DNA of 64,000 nt from Patellaria atrata CBS 101060 (Eukaryota), in NCBI GenBank assembly GCA_010093705.1, contig MU006104.1:556992-620991 (forward strand), written 5' to 3'. Numbering within the stretch: position 1 is the stretch's first letter; every line of letters starts with the position of its first letter. Below the pieces are notes generated by a model that saw nothing but the letters and a program-made list of their open reading frames with translations, had not been told where the DNA came from and ran no database searches. A program made the translations under genes and the position numbers. Positions 25,622-38,277 of this stretch are shown here, one piece after another.

Positions 25622-26422
25622 ATGGACAGTCGTTACTTCGGTAGACAAGATTTACCAGCTCCAGAAGTTAGTGGCATAATCTAATTCATTATAGTACAGT
25701 CACGATGCTAATCCCTTCAGCATTGCGAGTCTTCTCGGCCATCCCACTTGGATAGCGGACCGAGTCACATCACCACTCCACGACCCAATCTTCCTCCAGG
25801 CCATCTCTCCGGAAGACCCACGATAAGCTTTCTCGATCTCCCGGCCGAACTCCGTATCCAAATATACCAGCTCGTTTTCCATCAACCCGGTCACGTGATC
25901 GCGCAGAAAATACTTCCTTTAAATCCCCCCTCGGTCAAGTTCTTCCATCAAAATGGGCACCGGACCTTGATCTCGCTACTTCTCACCTGCCATCAAGTAT
26001 ACATCGAGAGTATTCCCTACCTGTACCTGGAGAAATCGTTCCACTTCTTCTCGCCTGATTTTCGCCTTTTCTGTACCTTTCTTCAAATCATCGGCCCACT
26101 TGGCCGAGCCAATCTAGAGTCTCTGACTCTCTTGTGGCAAGTTGGTGCTTACACATACACTGAAGACGATCTAGTCCGGCAAGCCTTTACGCTTCTCGCT
26201 GAATGTGCCAATCTTGACTTTCTAAAGGTCATGGTAAATAGGAGGTACTTGGCACGGTTTGCGGACTGGAGGGATGTTCCGGGATTGCGTGAGTTGAGGA
26301 CTGTGAAGGTGGGGACGTTGGTTGTGGAATGGCTACCCAGGCATGAGGATTTAGGAGTGGACGAGGAGGATTGCGAAAGGTGGTTGAGGCGGGGGATGTT
26401 GAAAGACGAGACTGCAATTTAG
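25622..26422 (+). CDS. Hypothetical protein with an F-box-like FLDLPAELRIQIY motif (2 exons)
   Basis: Exon 1 MDSRYFGRQDLPAPE and intron 25667-25720 (GTTAGT..GCTAAT..CAG) join in frame to the 224-aa ORF; LLLTCHQVYIE motif. Confidence 0.7.
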
Positions 26423-28445
26423 TATACGAAGAAGAAAAGCTGGGTCTTAAGAGTTGGGAGATGGATTTTTGTGGAAATTTAGTTTGGATGAGGAATGAGG
26501 TTACAAAGGGTTTCACTCCATGTTGGTTTTGTCTTTACGTTTGAATTTACTTACTTTTCCGTATTTATCCATACTTACTCAGTAGAATTTCTAATATTCT
26601 CCGTAGAATGTGCAGTCGAAGGAACAGTTGAATGTCTTTATGTTCTAATCTAAATAATCTATACATATAAAGTGCAACTCTCTCCAGAGGATGTATTTCT
26701 ATCGGGGTGGAATATATATCAATATCTACGTTTGAAACTCTCTACGAATGCATACTAAAGTAATGCTATGATATAAGGGAATTAGGATAGATTGAATATT
26801 GTTTTACGAGAAAGAAGTCCAAAAGAAAATTCTCAATATAATTGAATTGGAAGAAAACTGTTCGGTACATATGGACTACGGACCAGATGTTATAAGAAAG
26901 AGTCCTTGGAGGACTATAGTTGAAGTATCCCCACTTAAATCCTCTACGGTGAGGTAGACAGACTATTTGTGTGACTACTCCTTATCAGTTTCGAAGGCCA
27001 TGATCAGCGCATCAACACACCTCCACTAACGCGTCCAAAAACCAACACGTACTATGTACAAACGCGGATTTCGTGAAGTGAGATCACCCGCCTCCCGATG
27101 CGTGACTGGATAGTGTACCTTATCTATACTCTTCGTGCTTCAAATCCTCGTCCGCTATAGTGTAGTCGGTTCTTTCCTTTGTCAGTTTCCTTCAGTCAAA
27201 CCAATCCCCCCCCCCAACCAACATCCCGACGGCGGACCTTTTTTTCCTTCTTCTGAAATATCATGCAATTGAAATGAGGTTGAATTTTGCTGGATTCCTG
27301 TATTTTTAATTGTTTGGAGAGTTCCTAGTAGGATATAATGACGTGAGTGTAGTTTGAGGGCTCGTTCATATTTTTGGTTTAAAAACTCCAGGAAGCTCCT
27401 TAATTGCGTAAAGAATAGAGTTATCAGGAATAAACTCAAGTATATGGGAAGTGAATTGTTGTTTCTTATTCAGGGAATAACACAATTGTAAAAGTCATGC
27501 TTTCATATATATAAAAGACAACACTGAACTTACGCTCTTAAACCGTTATGATTGATTAAAATACGCTCGTATGAAAGAGTCTGACAGTAGGACTTCTTCT
27601 GATCTAATTGTGCTGGTTTCCAATTCCAAACGTCCACTGTACACATTTACTTTCACTTACCACATTGCTTTTCAAGAGCATTCTTCTGACTTAATAAGGT
27701 AAACAGGGACGTGGGAATTATGTAGATAGAAGAGTAGCGCCATAGCCCAAGAGGCTGCATGCACAGTATTGTAGATAATGCAATACAATGGATTAAAAAA
27801 AAAAAAAGGGGGACGTGGGAAGCCAAATACGGAGCTACGAAGCATTCGACTGCGTTGGCATTATTCACTTCTCTCACACTTCTCATATCCCTTCAACTTT
27901 TAGGTAGGGGAAGAGAGGGAACCGGTGATCTCACATATCCTAGTGATATGCGCTGGGCGAATTCCTACATTGGATTGCCTTCTCTTTTCATATCATCTTA
28001 TCTTCATCTCTATATGCTCGATACCTACTCTTCCTATACCGGTCTATTCGGTATCGAATAGAGGGATGCTGTGTTTTTCCTTACCACAGCATTTGCAAGT
28101 CACTGGCCTTCTAATGCAAACCGTATAATCCTTTCAAAACCAATTATTCAGGCTATAAGTAATGGGAGCACACAATTGCTTGCACAGTAAGTGTATAAAT
28201 AACATAAGAACTGAATGACTTATAATACACTAGTAAATGAAATAAAGCTAGATGCAAGTCTGACACGGTCTAAAACATTAATGATATTGTCTGAGAGTCT
28301 GCTCTAGATTATGAGTGAAGTTGTCGTTGACGTTCATCGTGGTAACTCCAAATATCTCCGCGCTGATTGGCCGATCGTCCGAGAACCTCAACCTCACCTC
28401 TCCAGCCCAGCTCCACCTCATACCATCAAGGATCCGTCCACCACA

Positions 28446-29266
28446 ATGCAGTCCACGCGAAGAGCAGCGGTAGCGACTGCTCGCACTGCACGCTTGTTTC
28501 TTCGAGTGCAACCTCGCCGCTACGCCCAGCACGACGCACATCACCACGCGGAACCCGTGAACGAGACCTTCGGTGTGAGTGTTTCCTCCTTTGACAAGGC
28601 CTTCAGACCCGTTATATCTCCCCTAGACAGATTATACTTCACCATCACGCACTGCCGAATAAGGGCTCCGCTAACACAATCACCAACAGTTAGGATTCTA
28701 CGTCGGCCTCGCTACTATTCCCGCTTTCGCAGTCGTATACACCCTTTCTCGACCGCTAGCGGACGGCGGAGACAGATGGTTCACAGCTTGGGTGAGATCA
28801 TATAACCACTGGGGAGAGACGTGGGCGAAGCGCAACGATCTTCACGTCCAAGCTCTAGAGCGCGCGGGCGCGGACCGGAATTTGTTTTTGAACGAAAGAC
28901 CAAGTGATCATCATGAATTAAGGTTTCCTGAGTAAGTATATATTCCATCGTAAGGAATCTATTTTATGGGAGGCGCATTGGTGTGATCTTTCGACTTATG
29001 GTTAGGAAGAAACTTGTACACTGTGATATTGGGAAGAGATGTAGGATTTATAAATGGGTGCTGATAATTTCTTCATCAGGACCTTCAACATGTCCTGTCC
29101 CTGGAACGTCCCCGCAGGACACATCCCGAATATCGATAAGGTGATCGCACACTATCAGAAACGAAACTGGGAAGAGCAAGAAGAGAAGCTACGAGCGTTG
29201 AAGGAGAACAGATTACCAGCGGAGCAAGTACCCAAACGGGTGGGCAAGCTTCCACCAAATCCATAA
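28446..29266 (+). CDS. Mitochondrial complex I 17.8-kDa subunit-like protein (3 exons)
   Basis: Arg/Ala-rich presequence, HHHAEPVNETFG, TM segment, WAKRNDLH, ELRFPE and PWNVPAGH. Confidence 0.8.
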
Positions 29267-30886
29267 AGGATTATTCTTAAGGAGATTGGAATGTATATAA
29301 TATGACGCTAAGGGTATCAAGTTCTCCCGGTCGTAACATGGGTTTATGTGAGTGTATTGTGCAATTGAGTCGTCCACAGAGGTTAGCTAGATTCTATCCA
29401 CAATCGTTGGTATGAATAATATCTTTGCCTTTCAACACGCGTCAAACCTTCGGATTACCACTCCCTTGATTCCCCAGAAAGAAAGAAAAAGATCTTATAT
29501 GTTGGTGGTTTCCCTTCTGATGCAATCAACCGTGAATTTTCAAACCCTCTTATATCCGCCCCCATAAGAGTATCTTAAATTGACTGTTCTATCTAATCAC
29601 GCAACCCATAATTGAAGCTCTCTAGTAGGATTTACCCCGCCTGAAGCTTATAGACTATCCGTACGAGATCTAGTATAGCTTGCAAGAACAGAGTCGAGGT
29701 GATATGCTTCTGATTGATATATTTGTACAAGATAGATATCTCGTATGCCGTGCGAAAGACCGCTATCCAAGCAACTACTACCGTTTCAATAGACTAAATA
29801 AGGTCTTGGGTTTAGACTAAGTATCCTCTGACCGATAGCCTGAAGAAGAAGAAAACATAGCGTTATTCTGGACTCTCGTGGTCCATGTTTGAGTGCTGCT
29901 GATGCTGTTATAAACTTAATACAAAGGATGAGAGTAGGAAAGAGTCATCGAACTCTGTTGCGTGTATGAGCCGCTGGGGTTTGCCCAGTGCGGTGGCATC
30001 TTTGGCTGAGGAATATCTTGTGAGCTTGAGGGTTTTTGGATGGCACGACTTAGTATATGTGCTTCCGATATTGCCTTGACGAGAGGGGGTGTGTGAAGTG
30101 ATTGACAATGAGATGATCAATAAAGGGTTGCCTCAAGATCCATCGCACATTAAACGCATTTAGAAAATACAGTGTTATAGTTCTATGTAGAACATCTCAC
30201 TTCGCTTCCCACTGAAAATGGCCAAAAGTTTACAAAAAGTAGCCAATGATTCTATTGATATTACATCTTCAACGGTGGGGAACATCTCAGCCCTACCAAA
30301 AGCACCACCGCCCACATCGTCATCTCCGAATTCTAACCCCTCCTGACTCCTTTCCAACAACCATCCCATCATATCACTTTCGGTTTTCAAATTCCCAAAC
30401 GACGTCATAACCCGCTGGTACAGATCACTGAAATTAGATATTCAAATTCCGTCCTAACTCCTAACCATCAGCACGTGGTCATAATAACCATAATCCCTAA
30501 TCCCGGCACTTCGTCAACCCCAGACCTTCCAGTAACCGAACCGCGTTACCCCTTTTCACCCCTGCTTAAGGCCCTAGTTCGCCGTTCCCAGTTTCATGAT
30601 CCAACGGCTAAAGCGGTTGATCGCCGTTTATCGAATTCTGACATGTGGCGCGCTGTAGCGGGCATGATGATGTGGGTGGGAAGTGGTAAGTGCCGTCGCT
30701 GCCGCGAGGATTGAGCTTGTTATCCTTTGGTGAGTGCCGAAAATGAGCAGTGTATGGTTCAATCATTATTGGGTAAAATGGGATTCTGAATGTTTTTGGC
30801 ATTCAAACAATGTAGATCTTCTCAAGGTATCTAGGTATATACAATAAATCATCAAAAATTATAATTTCTCGAACTGTCTGTCCCGA

Positions 30887-31780
30887 TCATGCCAGTTCGA
30901 ATTCCCCTCCGATGGTACTGCTGCCCCCGGCAGCGCTTTCTACGAGGATTCTCGTATCGACGACGTTCCCCTCGTCGTTCATGTAGATTGCGCAGAGCTT
31001 CTCCACGCCAACGATGGGTTGGTAAACGTATTCGAAGACCTTGTATTCCTCGCCGCTGATTTCGACCGTGTGGTTGAACCCGTTCGGAGTCATATCGTTG
31101 AGGTACGATCCGATTGTCCTCTGGCCCGAGACGGTTCCATCATTGTCAAGGAATTGCTCGATAATACTACCGTCGGAGTCCAAGATCCTATTTGTGTGGG
31201 TTTGACCGCTATAGTCGTTGACTGAATAGAGGATGTTGTGCACCATGGCAAATGAAAGAGGGATGCCTCTACCCTCAAGATTTGCGGTGTCCTCGTTACT
31301 GCTTCCACCGTCCAAAACACCTCCGACGGCATCGGTGATGTTTTCGATTCCTTGTCCTAGGGTCACCAGGATGGGATTAAGATCGATGGAATCGAGAACA
31401 CTGTCAATCATCTTGACGAGATTCGCTAATCTGGCCTCTAGAGTGACAAAGGCAGTAACATTCTGGATAATCAACGAAACACGATCGACGTGGGCGTCCA
31501 CACCGGCGTTGAACTTCAGTAGGTTCAATACTTGCGCGTCTACGTTGATTTTGGCGCTCAGGTTTGCGACGAGAATGCTGATTTCGCCGACGTGGACTGA
31601 GGCATTGAGGTAAACGTCGGGTTCTGTGTACATCGTCTCGTTCGAATTTGTGTTCGCAGTCTCGTAGATCACCGAGTCCGGGTCCCCATCAGAGGTGAGA
31701 CGATACCCAACATATCCTTCTTGCGCATTGATGAAAACTGCCAGATATAAAAAGAAGAACGTAAATGTTTGGAAAATCAT
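30887..31780 (-). CDS. Secreted uncharacterised beta-rich protein A (paralog of 32224-33174)
   Basis: 297-aa intronless ORF with a signal peptide and the domain PDVYLNASVHVGEISILVANLSAKIN...DSIDLNPIL. Confidence 0.85.
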   Translation of the reverse strand: MIFQTFTFFFLYLAVFINAQEGYVGYRLTSDGDPDSVIYETANTNSNETMYTEPDVYLNASVHVGEISILVANLSAKINVDAQVLNLLKFNAGVDAHVDRVSLIIQNVTAFVTLEARLANLVKMIDSVLDSIDLNPILVTLGQGIENITDAVGGVLDGGSSNEDTANLEGRGIPLSFAMVHNILYSVNDYSGQTHTNRILDSDGSIIEQFLDNDGTVSGQRTIGSYLNDMTPNGFNHTVEISGEEYKVFEYVYQPIVGVEKLCAIYMNDEGNVVDTRILVESAAGGSSTIGGEFELA

Positions 31781-32223
31781 GGTGACGATGATGGACTTGA
31801 AAAAAGAGGGGACGTCTTGATCAGGGCGAGACGACGCGCAAATGAGAGAATGTCGAAGTAAAGGTGCGTCTGAAGAGTAGAAAATAAGATGAGCGTAAGT
31901 TAAGACAAGGAATTGGATCTTGATGAATGATGATGGTTAGACTGGGTGCAAGCGAGGGCAGGGCTCAACATGAAACCGAAAGCGATCATAGCATGAACGC
32001 GAACCCCTGAGAAACAGGGCCTTACGTGGTATTTGCAATCCTCGTACGGCCAGCATTTATTTTAGCCATTCCTACACTAAAATAATAAAATTGCAATCCC
32101 GACATTGACAATATTGGGATCGCGTAACTTACCACGATCATCTTTCGTGAGGGTAGCACTTTTAAGCTGTCACTCCGTCTGTCGTTCCTTTTCCCTTGTG
32201 TACTACCACTCTCTCCTGCGAAA

Positions 32224-33174
32224 ATGTTGTCGAAACAGTTTCTACACGCTCTTTTTGCCTGTATCTTTCTTTTGACGTTCATTTCACAAGTTCTCGCCCA
32301 GGAATCGACAGCTGCGGCGACAACAGAAGAAGCCCCACAAACCACAGCTGCTCCATCTTCAGCAGCTGTAACTTCGGCCGTGCCCCTTACAAGCGGTGCC
32401 AGCACTGCTGCTCTTCCCAGCAGTGATAATCCACCAACTACCACCAGAAGTTCCAATTTCGACCCTTCAGCTCCTCCAGATGTTCTGCTCGACGTTCCAG
32501 AGCTGTCCGTCGGCCGAATTGAGCTAAACGTAGACAACCTAGTAGCGGATATCAATTTGAACGCGGAGGTAGCAAATCTGGTCAAAATCAACGCCGGAGT
32601 AGCCGTATCGGTCCAGAAGGTGAACATCACCATCGCTGATGTTTCCGCTGAGCTTGAGCTCAGAGTCCGGCTCGGCCATCTTGTGGATATCGTTCAACGG
32701 GTGTTTGAATCCCTCGATCTAAACCCTCTCCTCATTAGCGCCATCGAAGGTGTGACCGATCTTGTTGGAGGAATTGTGGGAGTGGTAGATGGACTGCTGG
32801 GGTCCATCACACAGGACGGTACAACGTTGAACTTCATCATCGACAATCTCGGAAACATCGTCCAATCAGTCGTCGGTGCCGGAGGCCAGACAGTCAACAC
32901 CATCGTCGGTGATTATTTAACCAACATGACGGAGACGGGTATAGTGAAGCAGCTAGGGAATGGATTGGTTCAGAAGCAATTCTCCTACCCCCCCCTCAAC
33001 TCTCTGGTCGACATTGTTTTCAATTCGTTAGGTCAAGTCGTACAAGCAACGGTGGCCAAGCCGAGCGGAGGAGGGCCGAGTTCAGGTGGTCCTACTGCTA
33101 CTCGAACAGCGACGGGATCACCGTCTCCATCAACGGCGGCATCAACAACTCCAGCAAGCCCGATAAGGCGATAA
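32224..33174 (+). CDS. Secreted uncharacterised beta-rich protein B (paralog of 30887-31780)
   Basis: 316-aa intronless ORF with a signal peptide, an S/T/A linker and the domain PDVLLDVPELSVGRIELNVDNLVADIN...ESLDLNPLL. Confidence 0.85.
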   Translation: MLSKQFLHALFACIFLLTFISQVLAQESTAAATTEEAPQTTAAPSSAAVTSAVPLTSGASTAALPSSDNPPTTTRSSNFDPSAPPDVLLDVPELSVGRIELNVDNLVADINLNAEVANLVKINAGVAVSVQKVNITIADVSAELELRVRLGHLVDIVQRVFESLDLNPLLISAIEGVTDLVGGIVGVVDGLLGSITQDGTTLNFIIDNLGNIVQSVVGAGGQTVNTIVGDYLTNMTETGIVKQLGNGLVQKQFSYPPLNSLVDIVFNSLGQVVQATVAKPSGGGPSSGGPTATRTATGSPSPSTAASTTPASPIRR

Positions 33175-34107
33175 TTCATTTTTTGTATATAATCTGTAGA
33201 ATAACGATATCATTCGAGAATGAAGAGCTAGCAAAGGAATTTGGATTTGATGACTGTTGAGACACTGCTCGAGTAACCTCACATAGGAAAAGATACTACG
33301 CGTCAAATGATCGATATTACCGCAACGTATAGAACGTGATGGAGGGTTGGTTGCGTGTTTTTAAGACGTACGACATTTCTTGATCTAGCAAAAGAGAAAA
33401 CGTCGTGTAGGTAGTCAGCCCAGTCGATCGACATTAGGCCATACTAGAGATGTATCCGTGTGAGAATATGTGAGTAATCCAAATTTACGTGTGATGGTTT
33501 GATCCCACAATAATGGAAGGTTTGGGGGAAAACCAAGGACCAGATTTCAGAAGATAGATGAGCTCACACCTCAGAGGCAGTTGGGTTACTAATCGCGTGC
33601 CCTTCTCCGATTGGACGATCCCTGACTATCAAGGTATCAAGACTGAATATATCTACGTATGACCTTCGCCTACCGCACCTCGTTATGCCGTCTGGGGTTA
33701 TTTTAACTTAGGAATATCATAACTATGTCATACCGTACACTGAGTCTAGGGAGAGGGATGAGCCTTAGTTCTAGCATATTCAATATAATAGTCTATGGTA
33801 AGAGATAAGTGGACAAACAAATTGAAGTTTTAGAACGTTAGAATGAATTCTCGATACCTCTAAAACTCCTAGAAGATTAATGTCTCGGTATTATAGTCAC
33901 ATATGAATATCAAAACTGGATGCAAGTCTTATGCACTGCCGTGCAAGGTCATTGCGCTGCTATTCTGTCATGGTTGGCATGGATTTTGTGTAAGATGTCA
34001 AGAAACCAACTATAGGAACGCAGAAAAGCGCCTAGGGTATGTAGATTCCCAGATCGAAGTAAGAAAAATGCATCCCTAACGCCAGCAATGCAAGCTCAAC
34101 ACGTGAA

Positions 34108-37100
34108 TTACCGATTCTTTTTATGCTTCCGAGACTTCCCTTCCGTTGCCGCATTCGCTTCCTTCAGGGCTTCCTCTACAGCTTCCCCAACTTTTCGTTT
34201 TCCATGCCCTGGCTTGCTGGATTTGATACTGACGGTCATACTCTTTGCTCCAGTCTTTTGCGCTGCCCGAATCTGTCTTTCAGCTTCCTGCCAAGCCGCG
34301 CCTCCATCCGCTATCTTGTACCTACTCTCAAGTATTAGCCTACAAATATTAAGTGGGATGACATGCGCCTACCGATCGAGAGGTAATGCATCAATCATAT
34401 TCCTCATTCTCTCCCTCTCAGCTTTCTGCACCTCGTCTCCAGCCTCAGCTAGTTCCTGTCCTAGCTCCTGTGCAAGAGGTTTAAATCTTTGATCGTCTTT
34501 CATGTTCTCATTCTTTCCGTGTACTCCATTTTCGTCTCTTTCCTCGGGAGCTTGGGGTAGATCTGCCGCCGCCTCCTTCTCTAAAAGCTGACGGAAATGT
34601 GCAGTCACCTTTCGGATAACCTTAACGAACATTGCAAGCAGTTGAGATGAACCCAGACCCAGTTCTTTCTCCAGCTCTTCGAGGACTTTGCGTTGGAGAC
34701 CAATAGCCAGGAGTAGGGAAGTCTGAACTCCTGAGAGATTGATTGATGACTTTAATCGTCCGGTAAAGTACAGTCGTGCGATCTCAGGAAGCATGTCCAA
34801 AATGACATGATAGTCCAACATGTTATTTGCATAACTATCCAGCCGTTTCAAATCGAAAGGTGAAAAAAACGAGTCGAGCTCGGATTTCGTTAGTTGGATG
34901 GCTGAACCTGATGTATCTAACTTTATTCCTTGAGACGCAGACTCGTCAATGCTTAGAGCAGTGATCGAAGGAAAAGAGCGAAACTGATAAGAAAGTAAAG
35001 AAAGGAAGCGACGGTGAAAATCCTTAGCGAAGACTCCAAGCCAGCTAGGATCAGCATCGGAGACGTCTAATGTGCGAAGCATTACGCAAGTATGCTCCCC
35101 GGTAAGATCATTCGGTGTCTGGCGCAAATATACTGGAACAAATGAAGATCGCTTCCAGAATTTATGGAGAGTGGAAGTTAAACCATAACTAACGCCAACA
35201 TAATCTAGATGGGGAGCTTTTCGTTCCGAGAGTCGAGCAAATAATGGTGGCATGCTGTTGATGTCGCGAATCTTGATGTTATCTTGGAGTAGAGTAGATT
35301 TTTCAAGCTCCTGGTCTGTAACTCTAACCATCTCCTCTGCCGCCTTGGGCTCTTCTTCTGATAAACTGGCGAACTTCCCCTCGTAGAAGTCGATAAGTAA
35401 ATTGAGGGCTCGAGAACCGTAACCCATGCCAATGTAATCTGGATTGGTAGCTATTCGTACGATCCTTGCGCCAGATAGGCCAGCAAACTCCTCATCTTGG
35501 AACTGCTGGCTCACAAGCCAGGGTATTAGATCACCCCCTGCTCTCTGACCACGACTCAAGCTATTGAGAACACTTTCCTTACTGATCTGTCCTTCCATTG
35601 CAACTTGAATGACACAAAGTGGCTCTGGTAATCGGTCCTCGGATACAGGGGCGACGAGGGCGAAAAGTTGATGAGCTGGCGCATCGGACATCAACTGGAG
35701 GTCATTAGGGGAGTTTTTGTAATGGCTGGCCACATACAGAGCCATCATATGTTGTAAGAACTTTTCAGGGACTGGATGAAAGGAAAAGAGAGCATCTCTA
35801 TTGACATGTAGAAGTTCACAATCTGAAGGATGGGGACAGCCTCTAGTGCCCATTTTGGATCGTGGTAATGTAGCTTCAAGGCAGAGAAGGGTGTTCAACC
35901 ACTTTTCAACTGCGTCACCAGGTGCGTAGCGAATAGGCTCCGAGAGTGTGATTTCTCTAAGGGTACGACCACCAACGGATTTCTCTGAAGTATCTTTCGA
36001 AATCTTGCTTGAGGATCGATCGATCTCTGCTTCATCAGCACCTGGATTTTTACCGCCGCCCCGCGATTGTTGGCGTAATTGCTGGATTAGTTTCAAGGAT
36101 AATGACCTTCCGGTACCTTCGTAGCCGTTAATCGTTGATGCCATAAATACCAAATAAGGTCCCATCAATTTTTTGACTAGAGGGAGCGGTATCGCTGCAG
36201 CTTCGTCTATCACTAAGAGTTCTGCCTGACCTAGAGTATAAGCGTCCTGCGGTTGTATATATTGAATGGTTTGCCTATGTTGTCGATGAACGTTTACTCT
36301 GACAATTGCTTTATGGAACTCAGGGTTTGTAGACTGAATGATTGAGTAATCGACGTGATCCATGTAATTTAATGCGTCGAAGCCTTTGAAGATAAACTCA
36401 AACAGTGTTTTCAAATTTTCTGGGTTAGGAGATGTTATGAAGATGTTACTGTATCCATGAGCAACCGCTGCTGCGATAGCGACACCGAGTGTCGCCGACT
36501 TTCCACGTCCACGAGCAGCAGTTAGCGTAACGGTACCTTGTAGAGTTTTCTCAGCGATAGCATCGACGACAGTGAGCAAAGCTTTTGCTTGATCAACAGT
36601 TTTCGCTAATGTTATCAATGACCCAATAGGTTGTGAATCTGCAAGACTTTCTTTGATCTCTTCAAGTTCTCTAGCTTTGGGTGTTTTACCAACCAAGTCG
36701 GGATCTGGGGGAGGTAATTGTCGTACCGACTTCCCGCCCGATATGGGGAGGACATTGAGTTCATCATCCACAACTAGACAAGACTCACAACTTCCCAAGG
36801 ATAGGATAAAACGCTCGTTGAACCGTGCTGTAACATCTCCATGAGCTTCTGTCCTATACCTTGAGTGGATATCCATCGATAACGTATACAACTGCTTTAG
36901 GCTGTTCATGCCCTTCAGTAACAGCAATACCAAACCGCCACCCTCTACGGTTTCTATTGTTCTTGCCAATAAATTGGGAGTAATAGCCTCAAAGTCCTGA
37001 AGTATACACATGCCGTACGTATTTCCTAAGATCTTTTCCGTTTCCTTGTAGTAGACGTATCGAATATTTTGGGTGGAGACAAAGAGTTCGAAGGGATCTT

Positions 37101-37546
37101 CAGCGTCGACATCACGGATCCCACGCTTGATTTCTTTTTTTATTTTTGCTTCTCGCTTCTTTCGATGGCTACAAGGCAGTTAGAAATCCCTTATTGCTCA
37201 GAGCTGAAGCACAACCAACCTAGTAAACCCGAGAAGTTTATTTTTATATGCCCACAACACAGACTTGTTCAGTTTCACGTCTACGTTAAGAAGGATATGA
37301 TATAGGTTGACAATGACGTCTTTCTGTCGGTCCCCAACAATTACGAAGAAGCTCCGTTTCTTTTCCTAAGTCACCAAGATTGATCAGTCCGCTGTTGAGG
37401 CAAGGACGGAGCAACGAACTTGAGCCCCATTTCGTATTAATGCCGGAATACGGGAATCTCTACAGTGCAGTATTAGTTCGTAAATCTCATATGCGTAGAC
37501 TCAATCGAAATGCGCGCAATTGAGCATACATTGCTTTCTTGACCAT
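34108..37546 (-). CDS. KRE33: RNA cytidine acetyltransferase Kre33/NAT10 (5 exons)
   Basis: MVKKAIDSRIPALIRNG, LQDFEAITPNLLARTIETVEGGG, TAARGRGKSA, DEAAAIP, HYKNSPNDLQ and the GNAT motif RIATNPDYIGMGYG. Confidence 0.97.
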
Positions 37547-38277
37547 TCTGTGCACCACCAAACTTTCCCACCACTTCGAAAAGAGGTCCCAATCCGAGTG
37601 TACAGTCCAGAGCTTTCCGAACCGTGATCGCAGATACTAAGTCTGTTATTGGAAGTGAGGCAAGAATAAAGAGGAAGTTTTGATAGTAACAATTTCACTG
37701 GATAGCTTTCTGTATCACGCACATCCCATCCGAACTACGAACTTTTTCTGCCGAAACTGTTTCACCGTCTAAAAGCTTGAGGTTGACCGCCCAAAAGAAG
37801 TTGGTCCGTGCATTTTCTCCTCGAGCGCTCGTAATTCAGATTGGAGCTCAGAAATACAAACTACAACTTCATGGATAGCGATACTAGATTAGATCAAGCA
37901 GTTCTTTATATCTAATAGATTTAAAACTTCACGGGTAGAGACCCGATTTTGAAAATTTACAGATTTGCAGCTCTTCGCCAGCTTATTAGTTCGACATGGT
38001 GGAATTGAGCTGCATCGAGCACGTGGGTCGACGGTGTGGCTATGAGAGCTTCAACGGACGATAAGTTACGAATAAGGTAAGCTACTTTCCTTCATTCTTT
38101 GAAGTAAATGTAGGTAATGTTACCCGTTCACGATACGGAAAAGCTGTTCGCTCCCGTGCACGTGAACTTCCTTTTTTCTAGTTCCACTGTTCACTCCGGT
38201 GAAATGGAACTCTTTCCATTACCCACTTTCTACCTTAATCTCCGCGTCGCGGGCGTGTTGTAAAACTATGCAACGTC

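Noticed and set aside
26520..27600. AT-rich intergenic tract as a TE or RIP relic
   Set aside because: No terminal repeats or transposase/RT motifs recognised.
30175..30800. Small ORFs downstream of secreted protein A as a third component
   Set aside because: Fragmentary, with no convincing splice model or motif.
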